A stretch of 64,000 nt of DNA from Candidatus Methanoperedens sp. (GCA_028717345.1 JAQUNZ010000002.1:7521-71520); one strand, 5' to 3'; shown: positions 46,809 through 57,734, counted from the first letter of the stretch. Notes: generated by a model not told the origin, from the sequence alone. Translations and numbers: made by a program.

Positions 46809-47732
46809 ATGAACAAAGAGGATGTATGTATATTAATTCCCACTCTCAATGAGGGTAAAACGATAGGTGGGATAGTTAGTGAATTCAGGTCAATGGGTTT
46901 TTCCAACATTCTCGTCATTGACGGACACAGTAAGGATGATACAGTAAAGAATGCCGAAAAAGCAGGCGCAAAGGTCGTACTGCAAAGCGGAAAGGGAAAG
47001 GGGCAGGCTGTTAACCAGGCGTTCCAGATAATTAATAACAAATATGTGGTCATGATAGACGGGGACGGAACGTATCTTCCTGAAGAGGTCTATAAGCTCC
47101 TTGAACCTGTCACATCAGGGCTGGCAGACCATGTTATCGGGGGAAGGACAGCTAATTTCCAGAAAGGAGCTTTCACAAGGCTGAACCTTTTCGGGAACTA
47201 TATATTAAATAAGATATTCGGGTTCGCATACGGCGTCTGGCTTGAAGACATACTTTCCGGCTACAGGGCATTCAGCTATGATGCGATAAAACAGATAGAG
47301 CTTAACAGGACGGGTTTTGAGGTCGAAACAGAGATAACAGTGGAATGCGTTAAAAAGAATTTGAAGATCGTTGAAGTACCCATAACATATCTTTCAAGGG
47401 TGAGCGGCGCAGAGACAAAGTTAAAACCGATCAGGGACGGTTTCAGGATAGGTTCTACCATATTTCTGCTTGCCCGTATGCACAACCCTCTTTTTTATTT
47501 CGGCGTGATGGGGGTTCTTCTTACAATTAGCGGTCTGGCTATTGGCATTTATGTGGTGGATGAGTGGTTCAAAAACATAGACCATATCCCTCTGACAATA
47601 CTTGCCACCCTGCTCATAGTCACAGGGATACAGGTGTTCATTCTGATGGTCGTGAGCGACCTGATGGTCTCTATGCACAGGGAAAACATGCATATGATGA
47701 GCAAGATCCTGAAAGAAAAGGAGAAAAAATGA
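46809..47732 (+). CDS. Family 2 glycosyltransferase (dolichyl-phosphate sugar synthase-like), with two C-terminal TM helices
   Basis: VCILIPTLNEGKTIGGIV... DGHSKDDT... MIDGDGTY is a GT-A fold with a DxD motif. Confidence 0.8.
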   Translation: MNKEDVCILIPTLNEGKTIGGIVSEFRSMGFSNILVIDGHSKDDTVKNAEKAGAKVVLQSGKGKGQAVNQAFQIINNKYVVMIDGDGTYLPEEVYKLLEPVTSGLADHVIGGRTANFQKGAFTRLNLFGNYILNKIFGFAYGVWLEDILSGYRAFSYDAIKQIELNRTGFEVETEITVECVKKNLKIVEVPITYLSRVSGAETKLKPIRDGFRIGSTIFLLARMHNPLFYFGVMGVLLTISGLAIGIYVVDEWFKNIDHIPLTILATLLIVTGIQVFILMVVSDLMVSMHRENMHMMSKILKEKEKK

Positions 47733-48385
47733 AGATTGCAATACTTGGCGGAACTGGCAGCATTGGAGAGGGTTTTGCGCTGCGATGGGCTGGAGAACAT
47801 GAGATTACAGTATGCTCGCGAGAGGCTGATAAGGCGGTAAAAGCCGCAGATGAATACAAGGATATGCTCCTGGATAAGGGACTGTCCTGCAGCGCCATCG
47901 GGGGATGCACGAACGACATGGGGATCAGGGATTCTGACGTTGTTGTGCTTTCAGTGCCATACAATGGTGTGATATCGCTTTTGAAAAGCCTTATCCCTCA
48001 TTTCAATGACCAGATCGTCATATCGCTTGTCGTTCCCATGAAAAAGAACGAATGGTTTGAATATACCCCACCCAAACAGGGCAGTGCTGCCCTTGAAATA
48101 AAGGATATTCTTCCAAAGACCGTAAAAGTGGTCTCTGCATATCATAACATCTCTGCAAAGAAACTGGCAAACCTTGAATTGAGGCTTGATTATGATGTTG
48201 TGGTTTGTGGGGATGATGAAAAAGCAAAGAGAACAGTGATGAAACTGACTGAAGAGATCAAAACCCTTCATCCTCTGGATGGGGGCGGTCTTTCATCTTC
48301 ATATATGATCGAGTCTCTGACACCATTTTTAATTAATCTTGCAATTAGAAATGGATTCTCGGATCTTGGCGTAAAGTTCGTATGA
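47729..48385 (+). CDS. npdG: NADPH-dependent F420 reductase
   Basis: MKIAILGGTGSIGEGFALRWA is a Rossmann motif. The ~218-aa length fits, and the start overlaps the GT2 stop (ATGA). The 47564 start in the track is a spurious extension. Confidence 0.7.
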   Translation: MKIAILGGTGSIGEGFALRWAGEHEITVCSREADKAVKAADEYKDMLLDKGLSCSAIGGCTNDMGIRDSDVVVLSVPYNGVISLLKSLIPHFNDQIVISLVVPMKKNEWFEYTPPKQGSAALEIKDILPKTVKVVSAYHNISAKKLANLELRLDYDVVVCGDDEKAKRTVMKLTEEIKTLHPLDGGGLSSSYMIESLTPFLINLAIRNGFSDLGVKFV

Positions 48386-48987
48386 TAAAAATCTATAATG
48401 AACTACTCAACCAATTCGGTCATAAGAACTGGTGGCCCGCCGACACTCCATTTGAAGTAGTCGTTGGCGCTGTTCTCACCCAGCAGACAAAGTGGGAGAA
48501 CGTTGAGAAAGCGATAAGGAACCTGAAAGATAACGGGCTTATGGCTGCAAAGCCACTTGCAGGAGCAGACCTTTCTAACCTTGAAGGTCTTGTGAGATGC
48601 ACGGGGTTCTACAGGCAGAAAGCAAAGAGGTTGAAGGATATTTCGACATTTTTCTATGAAAATCCTGATATCTTTGAGAAACCGGCAGAAGATATTCGGG
48701 AGATGCTTCTTGATTTGAACGGTGTCGGGGAGGAGACGGCTGACAGCATCGTGCTGTATGCGGCAGATAAACCAAAGTTCGTGATAGATGCATATACGAA
48801 GAGGATATGTGCGTGCATGGGTATTGAGGGCGATTATGGGGAACTGCAATCGCTTTTCGAGAGTTCTATACCGCAGGATGTTCCTCTTTACAAGGAGTTC
48901 CATGCGCTTATAGTGGAGTACGGAAAACAATTCTGCGGGAAAAAAAGATGCAGTGAATGCGTATTGGTTGAAAATGACAAAATGTAA
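48382..48987 (+). CDS. Endonuclease III-related HhH-GPD protein (COG2231-type)
   Basis: Motifs NWWPADTPFEVVVGAVLTQQTKWENV and the HhH LLDLNGVGEETADSIVLYA. Confidence 0.7.
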   Translation: MIKIYNELLNQFGHKNWWPADTPFEVVVGAVLTQQTKWENVEKAIRNLKDNGLMAAKPLAGADLSNLEGLVRCTGFYRQKAKRLKDISTFFYENPDIFEKPAEDIREMLLDLNGVGEETADSIVLYAADKPKFVIDAYTKRICACMGIEGDYGELQSLFESSIPQDVPLYKEFHALIVEYGKQFCGKKRCSECVLVENDKM

Positions 48988-49984
48988 CAATATCCTCATC
49001 CGCGACATCCCCCTGTTCGGCTGCATCGCCTTTGGAATAATCGACCGCGGAACAAACGTCCTTCAGGTGCGTCCGATAAGCGAGTGCCCGCTGTCGTGCG
49101 TCTTTTGTTCTACTGATGCAGGTCCCCGGACAAAGCAGAGAATATCTGAATACATGGTTGACCTGCCGCAATTGCTTGCAGCATTCGATTGGGCTGCCTC
49201 TTACAAGGAAACTAATGATATCGAGGCGCACATCGATACAGTCGGAGAGCCTGCCATGTATCCGCAGCTTGTTGAACTGGCAGAGGGACTTTCAAAGAAC
49301 AGGCATGTAAAAACAGTTTCGATGCAGACCAACGGCATGCTGCTCTCCCCGAAACTGATCGATAAGCTGGAATCTGCTGGGCTCTCACGCATCAATATGT
49401 CCATAGAATCACTTGAGCCCGGACTTGCAAAAAGTATAGCAGGCACGGATGTTTACAACCTTGCGCGGGTGCTTGGGAACGCTGAGCATATTGCCAGGAA
49501 CACTGACCTCGATCTTCTTATCGCGCCCGTATGGCTGCCAGGAATAAACGATAAAGAGATACCCAGGTTGATCGAGTTCGCCCTTCGCATCGGTGCAGGG
49601 AAACGATTTCCTGCTCTTGGGATACAGAAATTCCTGCCTCACAAGAACGGAAGGAAACAGGGAATAAAGCCGATGGGCTGGGATGAGTTTTATTCGCGGC
49701 TACATGAGTGGGAAGATGTTTACAGCACAAAGCTTGTACTAATACCCGAAGATTTCGGCAGTTTTGAATGTAAAGCCATTCCCCGCGTGTTCAAACGATA
49801 TGAGAACGTGAAAGTGAAGGTGGTTGGACCTGGCTGGATGAAAGGGGAAAAACTGGCAGTGGCGCGGGACAGGGTCGTCACAATCGTTGATGCTGACAGG
49901 GTTCGTTCCGGGACTGAAGTGAATGCCAGGATGGAGAGGGTGGTGGATGGGATTTACATAGCGAAAACTATATATCATAGGTAA
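48974..49984 (+). CDS. Radical SAM protein (COG2100-type, uncharacterised)
   Basis: CPLSCVFCS is the CxxxCxxC cluster motif, and GEPAMYP is a SAM-binding motif. The start could instead be 48953. Confidence 0.7.
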   Translation: MTKCNNILIRDIPLFGCIAFGIIDRGTNVLQVRPISECPLSCVFCSTDAGPRTKQRISEYMVDLPQLLAAFDWAASYKETNDIEAHIDTVGEPAMYPQLVELAEGLSKNRHVKTVSMQTNGMLLSPKLIDKLESAGLSRINMSIESLEPGLAKSIAGTDVYNLARVLGNAEHIARNTDLDLLIAPVWLPGINDKEIPRLIEFALRIGAGKRFPALGIQKFLPHKNGRKQGIKPMGWDEFYSRLHEWEDVYSTKLVLIPEDFGSFECKAIPRVFKRYENVKVKVVGPGWMKGEKLAVARDRVVTIVDADRVRSGTEVNARMERVVDGIYIAKTIYHR

Positions 49985-49998
49985 ACGGTAGCTTATAG

Positions 49999-50071
49999 TC
50001 GGCTCGCTCCCTGTTTGAATTACCTCTCAGGTTGGGCCTGTTTAAATAATTTAAAAAGGGTGTCGAGCCGA
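49999..50071. promoter_or_regulatory. 8-bp inverted repeat TCGGCTCG ... CGAGCCGA bracketing an AT-rich TATA-like tract upstream of glnA
   Basis: The arms are at 49999-50006 and 50064-50071, and TTTAAATAATTTAAAAA is at 50041-50057. A role as an operator is speculative. Confidence 0.25.
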
Positions 50072-50136
50072 AACATCACAGAGAATGATTTATTAGCACA
50101 AATATCAATTTAAGTAAAACAGTGAGAGAATAAGAT

Positions 50137-51468
50137 ATGATTAAAACAAACGAAGATGTATTAAGATCAATAGAAGAAAACCAGGTACGATTTTTAAGAC
50201 TTCAATTCGTTGACATTGGAGGGATGGTCAAGAACGTTGGCATCCCTGTATCACAGGCAGAAAAAGCCCTGAAATCAGGTATTGCTTTTGACGGCTCCTC
50301 AATTGAAGGATTTGTCAGGATAGAAGAATCCGACATGATACTGAAACCCGACATAAATACATACCAGATCCTTCCATGGGACGTGAGCGGCGGAAAGGTC
50401 GCAAGGTTGATATGCGATGTCTATAAGCCAAACGGAAAGCCGTTCGAAGGCGACCCGCGGTATGTCCTGAAGAGAGCAATTCAGGAAGCCGCCAAACGCG
50501 GCTATGTAATGAACAACGGACCTGAGCTTGAATTCTTTTTCTTCAAGAGAACAAATGGAGATGTTATCACCCCGCCAGTACCACACGATGTCGGCGGATA
50601 CTTTGATTTCCCACCTGTGGACCAGGCTGAAGAAACACGACAGAATATAGTTGTAGCGCTTGAGAAAATGGGTTTCAACATTGAAGCATCCCATCATGAA
50701 GTTTCAATTGGACAGCACGAGATCGATTTCAAATATGCGGATGCATTAAAGACAGCGGACAACGTCATCACATTCAAATTCGTTACAAAGACGATCGCAC
50801 AACAAAACGACCTGCATGCATCTTTTATGCCAAAACCGATCTTTGGCATCAATGGATCAGGCATGCACACAAATATTTCACTATTCAAAGGGAACAAGAA
50901 CGCCTTCTATGATGAGTCAAAAGATCTGGAAGTCAGCGACACGCTCAGACACTTCGTCGGCGGCTTGAAGAAACATGTAAAATCATTCACTGCTGTCACA
51001 AACCCGATAGTGAACTCATACAAGAGAATAGTTCCAGGGTATGAAGCTCCGGTATATATCGCATGGTCCGGCGCGAACAGGTCATCAATGATCCGCATTC
51101 CCGCAGCAAGAGGAATGAGCACTCGCATTGAACTGCGCAGCCCTGACCCTTCATGCAACCCATACCTGTCCTTTGCTGTAATACTGATGGCAGGTCTTGA
51201 TGGTGTTGATAACGAGATAGATCCGGGTGAACCTACCACTCTTAACCTGTTCCACCTCGATGAAGAAGAAAGAAAGGCGCATGGAATAGAATCACTCCCC
51301 GGAAGCCTGAAAGAAGCTCTGGATAACCTTGAGACTGACAGCATCATACGGGATGCGCTGGGTGAACATGTATATGCAGACTTCATGAGGCTTGGAAGGG
51401 CTGAATGGGATGCATACAGGATAAGCGTGCATGACTGGGAAATAAACCGCTACCTGAACATAATCTGA
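50137..51468 (+). CDS. glnA: Glutamine synthetase type I
   Basis: Motifs FDGSSIEGF, NNGPELEFF and GSGMHTN. At 443 aa it is the archaeal GSI-alpha size. Confidence 0.93.
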   Translation: MIKTNEDVLRSIEENQVRFLRLQFVDIGGMVKNVGIPVSQAEKALKSGIAFDGSSIEGFVRIEESDMILKPDINTYQILPWDVSGGKVARLICDVYKPNGKPFEGDPRYVLKRAIQEAAKRGYVMNNGPELEFFFFKRTNGDVITPPVPHDVGGYFDFPPVDQAEETRQNIVVALEKMGFNIEASHHEVSIGQHEIDFKYADALKTADNVITFKFVTKTIAQQNDLHASFMPKPIFGINGSGMHTNISLFKGNKNAFYDESKDLEVSDTLRHFVGGLKKHVKSFTAVTNPIVNSYKRIVPGYEAPVYIAWSGANRSSMIRIPAARGMSTRIELRSPDPSCNPYLSFAVILMAGLDGVDNEIDPGEPTTLNLFHLDEEERKAHGIESLPGSLKEALDNLETDSIIRDALGEHVYADFMRLGRAEWDAYRISVHDWEINRYLNII

Positions 51469-51479
51469 AAAAAGGCTAA

Positions 51480-52472
51480 ATGACAACAACGACTATCGAT
51501 TCAATGGTGCAGAGAAAACTCATAGAGATACTCAGGATACTCTATGAGAACCACGAACCGATAGGCGCGCGTCTCATTGCTGACAGGATGAACGATCGCG
51601 GATACCCCATAGGAGAAAGGGGTGTCCGCTACCACCTGCGGATACTGGATGAGCGCGGTCTGACAAGCAGGCAGGGTTATGACGGACGCGTTATTACCGA
51701 GCGCGGGATCAGCGAACTCAATAATGCACTTGTTGGCGACAGGCTTGGTTTTATTATCAATAAGATAGAGAAACTCATATACGAAACTACGTTTGACCTG
51801 AAAACCGGGCAGGGGAGGGTAATAACAAATACCTCAATAATAGATAAGAATGATTTTGACAGGACAATGGAGATACTTGGTGAGGTAGTCAATAATGGTT
51901 TTTCCATCAGCCCGTACATCAAAATAATTGATGAGGGCACGGTAAGTTCTGATATCAAGATACAGCCTGGCAAAGTCGGTATCGCAACGATGTGCAGCAT
52001 AACAATTGACGGGATACTGATGAAAAGCGGGATCCCGGTGAATACAAGATACGGCGGGATACTGGAAGTGAAAGGCAGAAAGCCAGTGGGCTTTGAGGAA
52101 CTAATCGTTTATACAGGAACTACTATAGACCCTATGAAGATATTCATATCGCGGAAGATGACGCGGGTGCTTGATGCAGTGAACACTGGAAATGGTGTGC
52201 TCCTTTCCAACATGAGGGAGATACCAGAGTCGTCGTTAGTTGGAGCGGAAAATGTGCTTGAGTCTATTATGGATCTAGGAATCGGGGGCATAGCAGAGAT
52301 AGGAAAACCGGGGAAGCCTGTGCTTAATGCATCTGTGGACGCTGGCAGGGTTGGTGTTGTAGCGTACGCAGGAGTAAACGGAATGGCTGCGGTTGAAGAA
52401 ACGGGTATTAATGTGGACACTCATCCTATATCGACAATTTTGGATTTCAGTGAATTGAAGAAACTGGAATAA
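51480..52472 (+). CDS. nrpR: Nitrogen regulatory repressor NrpR (wHTH + NrpR/DUF128 domain)
   Basis: An N-terminal wHTH (KLIEILRILYENHEPIGARLIADRM..RGYPIGERGVRYHLRILDERGL) is followed by a DUF128-like region. It lies directly after glnA. Confidence 0.75.
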   Translation: MTTTTIDSMVQRKLIEILRILYENHEPIGARLIADRMNDRGYPIGERGVRYHLRILDERGLTSRQGYDGRVITERGISELNNALVGDRLGFIINKIEKLIYETTFDLKTGQGRVITNTSIIDKNDFDRTMEILGEVVNNGFSISPYIKIIDEGTVSSDIKIQPGKVGIATMCSITIDGILMKSGIPVNTRYGGILEVKGRKPVGFEELIVYTGTTIDPMKIFISRKMTRVLDAVNTGNGVLLSNMREIPESSLVGAENVLESIMDLGIGGIAEIGKPGKPVLNASVDAGRVGVVAYAGVNGMAAVEETGINVDTHPISTILDFSELKKLE

Positions 52473-52474
52473 GT

Positions 52475-53221
52475 TTAAATAAGCCCGTATAAGAGCTTGC
52501 TTCCCACAAGCAGAATTACTAACGCGAACAATATTTCTATTGACCTTGGAGAGGTTCTTTTGAAAATCAGTCTTGAACCTGCCTGTGCTCCTGCAAATGC
52601 AGCAAGCCCGGCGAATAGCAAGACATTCATATCAATATTCTGCCCCCCCTGACTCATATGGCTCAGGAAGCCTGAAAGAGAAATGAACGTGACGATAAAT
52701 GCTGATGTCCCGACAGCTTTTTTTGTCTCAAGACCGAATAATAGAAGCAGAGGCATGATGAATGTGCCGCCCCCAATGCCTACAAGTGATGATACCGCGC
52801 TGATGAAAAAGCCGGCAATAGCTCCTGCGAGAATTCTTTTATCCGGGCTAATGATGGACGTGCTCTTGATCTGAAAGAAAAGTATCCTTAAGCCTGCAAA
52901 TATGATGATGACGGATAGCAAAAGGATCAATAGCTGCATGTCAATTATTCGGGCAAGTTTGGAGCCAACATAAGCTCCGGGTATTGACGTTAGAATGATC
53001 GGAAGGGCGATACTGATGTCAATTAATCGCAATCTTTGATATGTTATGGCAGATGAGGCCGTTGTTATCATGTTCAATAGCAGAGCCATGGGGATAGCGG
53101 CAAGAAGAGGCAGACCGCTCCAGTATAAAAATGGAGTATATATTATAGCTCCCCCAAGACCGAGCAGGGAGAAAAGGACAGCTATAAAGAATGCGATGGA
53201 AATTATATGCAGTAATTCCAT
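52475..53221 (-). CDS. TauE/SafE family sulfite/anion exporter-like membrane protein
   Basis: 248 aa with internally duplicated polytopic halves carrying G-rich helices (GLGGAIIYTP / GIGGGTFIMP). Confidence 0.7.
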   Translation of the reverse strand: MELLHIISIAFFIAVLFSLLGLGGAIIYTPFLYWSGLPLLAAIPMALLLNMITTASSAITYQRLRLIDISIALPIILTSIPGAYVGSKLARIIDMQLLILLLSVIIIFAGLRILFFQIKSTSIISPDKRILAGAIAGFFISAVSSLVGIGGGTFIMPLLLLFGLETKKAVGTSAFIVTFISLSGFLSHMSQGGQNIDMNVLLFAGLAAFAGAQAGSRLIFKRTSPRSIEILFALVILLVGSKLLYGLI

Positions 53222-53249
53222 TGTATCTCTTTTATTTGCTGCAAGTATT

Positions 53250-56200
53250 TCATTTTATTCTAACTATTCCCATCTTCATCTTAACATCCTCAACATCCCA
53301 GTCCTTGACAAGGTCTCCTTCTGCTTCAATGCCAGAACCAATGACCATGGACTTTGCACGCACTTCACCTGAAATGAAATCTTTTGATCCTGAGACAAGT
53401 TCCAGCACCCTTTCATCCTTTATCTCCACAACTGCGTTTATCTCCTCTTCCACAGCCAGGTCAAGCTCCTTTCGCATATCCTGAAGCCTGCGTATGACCT
53501 CGCGCGCATAACCTTCGCATTCTATCTCGCGTGTTAGTTCAGTGTCCACATAGACATCACCTGTTGAGAATCCTGCCTGGGCGATCTCCTGCGGTATTGA
53601 ATCCTTAAAAGTTACCATGTCAGCTGTAAGCGTCCATTCCTTCAGGTTAAAACTGCCATTTTCAGTGATAGCTTTCCGAATGGCTTTTCCATCTGCGTTC
53701 TTTAATTCAGCAAGCACCCTTCCAGCCTCTTTTTTAAAGGCAGGACCAAGTGTGGCATGAACCGGAAGCACTTCGACTCCGAGTTGCTCCCACGTCTCCC
53801 CTGGTGAAAGAAGAACTATCTCTTTTGCATTGGTCTGTTCCTTTAATACTTCTTCAAGGTTCCTGACCGCCGCAACGACATCTTCTTTCTTTGGCGCCAC
53901 CACTATCTTTTTAACAGGCCATCTGAGTTTTCTCTTTAATTTCTGCCTTGCGTTTGATGAGGCTTCAACTATCTCCCGGATTATGTTCATCTGCTTTTCA
54001 AGTTCTGTATCGATGAAATCCTCTCTTGGAACTGCCCGGTTGCACATATGAACGCTTTGCGGCGCTTCAGGGTCAACGTTTCTAACAAGGTTCTGGTACA
54101 TCTCCTCAGAGATATGGGGAGCAAAAGGCGCTATGAGCTTTGTCAGGGTGACCAACACCTCATAGAGGGTATAATACGCAGCCAGCTTGTCAGGGTCGTT
54201 TGATTCGCGCCACGTCCGTGGTCGGATGAGCTGTATATACCATCTCGAGAGGTCTTCGAGTATGAACTCGGATATGGGTCGGGTGGCTTTGTGGAGGTTG
54301 TATTCCAGCATGGCAGCGTCTACCTGTTTTATGAGCGATTGAATGCGCGACAGGAGCCACCTGTCCTCAAGGCGCAACGCAGCGGGTGTCCCGTTTATCT
54401 CAAGCGGATTGAACTTATCAAGCACCATGTACGGAAGCGGGAACCGGTAAACGTTCCAGAGGATATTCAGCATCCTGTGTACGTTCCCGACCTCATCCCA
54501 GCTGAATTTAAGGTCGTCCCAGGGCGCGTTCTGGGAAAGTACATACAACCTGAGCGATTCAGCGCCAAATTTTGCTATTACTTCCTCAGGCGAGACCACA
54601 TTACCCAGGCTCTTTGACATCTTCTTTCCTTCAGTATCAAGCGTGAAACCGTGCATCAGAACGCTCTTATACGGCGCCTTCCCGAAGGCTATCATGCTTG
54701 CGCCCAGCTGCGAATAGAACCAGCCGCGCGTCTGGTCGTGACCTTCGGTAATAAAATCCGCAGGCCACCAGTCCTTTAAGGCTTTTTCATCATGCGGGAA
54801 GTTCAGTGTCGCCCATGATGCCACAGCCGAGTCAAACCACACGTCAAAGACATCAGGGACGCGGCTCATCTGCCCACCGCATTTGCATTTGATGTGGATA
54901 TTATCTACATTGGGTCTGTGCAGGTCTGGAAGTTTTGATACACCAGAGCGCTTCTCCAGTTCGTGCCGTGTTCCCATAACTTCTGTCTCTCCGCATGACC
55001 CGCATACCCATACAGGGATCGGGATCCCCCAGTACCTCTGGCGCGATATGCACCAGTCGCGCGATCCTGTGACCCAGTCGGCAAAGCGCGCAGATCCTGC
55101 CCATTCCGGATACCATTTCACCTTTTCTATCTCAGAAAGCATCTGTTCCTTGATGTCAGTAACGCGCAGGAACCACTGCTCTGTGGCAAGATATATTATG
55201 GATGTCTTGCACCTCCAGCAGTGACCATACCTGTGTGATATCTTGCCGCTTGCAAGCAGCAGTCCGTTCTCAGTGAGGTCGTCAAGCACTACTTTATTAG
55301 CCTCCCTGACATGCATTCCCTTGTAATCTCCTGCTTCTTCCGTATATCTGCCATCAGGACCGACCGGGCAGAAGATAGGTAGTTTGTTCTTCATCCCGAG
55401 TTCAAAGTCGTCAATACCATGACCGGGCGCGATGTGAACGCACCCAGTGTTCTCTGCTGTGACGAAATCTGCAAGATAAACGTTATGGTGAAACTCTTTT
55501 TGAAGAGGCACTTTTTCACCAAGAGGAGCCTCATATTCGATACGCAAATCCTCACCGAGCATGATTTCAAGGACCTCGTGATCTTTGTATCTGCCCTGTT
55601 TGAGCACATTCTTCATGAGCTGCTCTGCCATTATCAGTATCTCTTCTTTCCCGTCCTTCTTTACCCTGACTTTTACATACTCAAAGGATGGATGCACGGC
55701 GACCGCGATATTGGCAGGGATAGTCCACGGCGTGGTCGTCCAGATCACGATATATGTATTTTCTTCGCCTTTTACAGGGAATTTTATATATACGGAAGGG
55801 TCAGTTTCGTCTGCATATTCCACTTCAGAATCAGCAATTGCCGTCTCGCACCTTGGACACCAGTTCACTACGCGAAGACCTTTTTCCAGAAGCTTTTTTT
55901 CATGCGCCTGTTTCAGCGTCCACCATGCAGCCTCGATGTATTCATCTCGCAGCGTCATGTAAGGTTCTTTCCAGTTGAGCCATATTCCAAGGTTCCTGAA
56001 CTGGACTGTCATTTCATCCCTGTGAGAGAGTGCGAATTCCTTGCATTTTGCCACAAAGTTTCCTACTCCGTATGTTTCGATATCCTTTTTCGACTTGAAA
56101 CCCAGCACTTCTTCCACTTTTACCTCGATGGGGAGACCGTGCATATCCCATCCGGCGCGTTCGAGTATGTGATACCCGCTCATGGAGCGGTAGCGCAGTA

Positions 56201-56399
56201 CGGAATCCTTGATTATTTTATTCCAGGCAGTCCCAAGATGTATCCTGCCTGTTGTGTATGGAGGACCGTCCACAAAAAAGAACTTTTTTCCATTCTTCCT
56301 GAGTTCTCTGACACGTGAATAAGCATCTATTTCATCCCAGAATTTTTGGATATTCTGCTCTACTACTTTTGCATCATACTGCGAAGCCTCTTTTAACAT
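53250..56399 (-). CDS. ileS: Isoleucine--tRNA ligase (archaeal/eukaryal long type)
   Basis: [16 protein letters not shown] is the HIGH motif and KMSKSLGN is KMSKS. The editing domain and Zn Cys motifs are present. The start was trimmed to MLKEASQYD. Confidence 0.93.
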   Translation of the reverse strand: MLKEASQYDAKVVEQNIQKFWDEIDAYSRVRELRKNGKKFFFVDGPPYTTGRIHLGTAWNKIIKDSVLRYRSMSGYHILERAGWDMHGLPIEVKVEEVLGFKSKKDIETYGVGNFVAKCKEFALSHRDEMTVQFRNLGIWLNWKEPYMTLRDEYIEAAWWTLKQAHEKKLLEKGLRVVNWCPRCETAIADSEVEYADETDPSVYIKFPVKGEENTYIVIWTTTPWTIPANIAVAVHPSFEYVKVRVKKDGKEEILIMAEQLMKNVLKQGRYKDHEVLEIMLGEDLRIEYEAPLGEKVPLQKEFHHNVYLADFVTAENTGCVHIAPGHGIDDFELGMKNKLPIFCPVGPDGRYTEEAGDYKGMHVREANKVVLDDLTENGLLLASGKISHRYGHCWRCKTSIIYLATEQWFLRVTDIKEQMLSEIEKVKWYPEWAGSARFADWVTGSRDWCISRQRYWGIPIPVWVCGSCGETEVMGTRHELEKRSGVSKLPDLHRPNVDNIHIKCKCGGQMSRVPDVFDVWFDSAVASWATLNFPHDEKALKDWWPADFITEGHDQTRGWFYSQLGASMIAFGKAPYKSVLMHGFTLDTEGKKMSKSLGNVVSPEEVIAKFGAESLRLYVLSQNAPWDDLKFSWDEVGNVHRMLNILWNVYRFPLPYMVLDKFNPLEINGTPAALRLEDRWLLSRIQSLIKQVDAAMLEYNLHKATRPISEFILEDLSRWYIQLIRPRTWRESNDPDKLAAYYTLYEVLVTLTKLIAPFAPHISEEMYQNLVRNVDPEAPQSVHMCNRAVPREDFIDTELEKQMNIIREIVEASSNARQKLKRKLRWPVKKIVVAPKKEDVVAAVRNLEEVLKEQTNAKEIVLLSPGETWEQLGVEVLPVHATLGPAFKKEAGRVLAELKNADGKAIRKAITENGSFNLKEWTLTADMVTFKDSIPQEIAQAGFSTGDVYVDTELTREIECEGYAREVIRRLQDMRKELDLAVEEEINAVVEIKDERVLELVSGSKDFISGEVRAKSMVIGSGIEAEGDLVKDWDVEDVKMKMGIVRIK

Positions 56400-56540
56400 A
56401 TAAATGATCTCCAGAGAATCGAGGGTAGTAATGCGATAAAGCAATTAAAACTTATGGTTTGGAAATAATCAAAAAATATCAGGACTATATACAGAAAAAA
56501 AATAAAATATGGGTTCCGGAATTACCGGAACGATCGGTTT

Positions 56541-57734
56541 TTAAATTACTTTGAAATACCAGAGCAAGCCAAGTACTATCAGGATTATTAAAATGATCCA
56601 GATATACATGCTGCTGCTCTTTTCCTCTTCTTTTGGCGGCTCGACCTTGACCACAGGTTTGGGCTTTGGCGGCTCAACCCTTGGTCTTACAATGGGTTCA
56701 GGGGCTGGCGCTTCAACGACGCGCTGCTCTTCAGCACGCTTTTCTGCTATACGCTGCATCTCCTCGCCTGACAGGAACGGACTCTCAACACCGGTCAGTA
56801 CTGCCATTACTCGTACCATGCCGGTCAGGTTGTTATCGACCTTTGCGCCCCAGATAATTCTCTTTGTGTTGGGGACTTTATCCATGATCAATTCGCCAGC
56901 GACCGCGACTTCCTCAAGCGTCAGGTCCTCTCCACCAACAATGTGGACGAGCACGCCGTAACTTGCAGAAATGTCCCTGACATCAAGCAGCGGAGTGCTT
57001 AAAGCCTGTGCGACAGCTTTTTCTACCCTGTCCTGACCGTCACTTTCTCCTATGCCGATGGACGATACTCCGCCGCGTTCCATGACAGCACGAAGGTCAG
57101 CATAGTCAAGGTTGACAAGGCTTGGCTGTGTTATTGTGTCTGTGAGGTTCTTGACAAAAGCTCCAACAAGCGCATTTGCCACGTTAAGAGCCTCTTTTAA
57201 TGGAAGATTCCCTGCTACCTCTCTTAATTTTGAGTTATCGATTATAACTACTGAGTCGCATGTCTGGGCAAGCAGGTTTATGGCTTCTCTTGATTTTTCC
57301 CTTCTTGACATTTCGATCGTGAACGGAATGGTTACGCATCCGATTGTGAGCGCACCCATCTCTCGCGTGATCTCAGCTACGACCGGCATGGCGCCAGTAC
57401 CGGTTCCTCCACCAAGTCCTGCTACCAGGAATACAAGGTTCGCTCCTTCAAGCTCTTCCTTTAGTTCATTTACGTTCTCACGGGTTGCCTGTGATCCCAT
57501 TTCAGGGTATCCGCCGCATCCATGCCCGTGACATAATTTTTCTCCAAGCAGGATCAACTTATCAGCTTTCTGAACATAAAGATGATTAACATCAGTGTTT
57601 GCAGCAATGATCCTTCCGCCTGACATTCCTTTTTCTGCGATCCAAGTCGTTATATTACAACCAGCGCCACCAAGCCCGACTACAGCGACAGATGGTTTTG
57701 CTGTTTTTGCAAATTCTTTTAAGTCTGTTACCAT
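56541..57734 (-). CDS. ftsZ: Divergent FtsZ/tubulin-family GTPase with Pro/Lys-rich linker and C-terminal transmembrane helix
   Basis: GLGGAGCN, the tubulin signature GLGGGTGTG, NTD. The C-terminus is ...APAPEPIVRPRVEPPKPKPVVKVEPPKEEEKSSSMYIWIILIILIVLGLLWYFKVI. Confidence 0.8.
   Translation of the reverse strand: MVTDLKEFAKTAKPSVAVVGLGGAGCNITTWIAEKGMSGGRIIAANTDVNHLYVQKADKLILLGEKLCHGHGCGGYPEMGSQATRENVNELKEELEGANLVFLVAGLGGGTGTGAMPVVAEITREMGALTIGCVTIPFTIEMSRREKSREAINLLAQTCDSVVIIDNSKLREVAGNLPLKEALNVANALVGAFVKNLTDTITQPSLVNLDYADLRAVMERGGVSSIGIGESDGQDRVEKAVAQALSTPLLDVRDISASYGVLVHIVGGEDLTLEEVAVAGELIMDKVPNTKRIIWGAKVDNNLTGMVRVMAVLTGVESPFLSGEEMQRIAEKRAEEQRVVEAPAPEPIVRPRVEPPKPKPVVKVEPPKEEEKSSSMYIWIILIILIVLGLLWYFKVI

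Noticed and set aside
47564-47728. The 55-codon extension of the F420 reductase ORF.
   Set aside because: It lies entirely within the glycosyltransferase gene in another frame. The Rossmann motif starts right at ATG 47729, which overlaps the upstream stop.
50022-50032. ACC-N5-GGT upstream of glnA as a Methanosarcina-type NrpR operator. I recall that motif as ACC-N7-GGT.
   Set aside because: The spacing does not match the motif as I recall it, a trinucleotide pair is expected by chance, and my recollection of the motif is itself uncertain.
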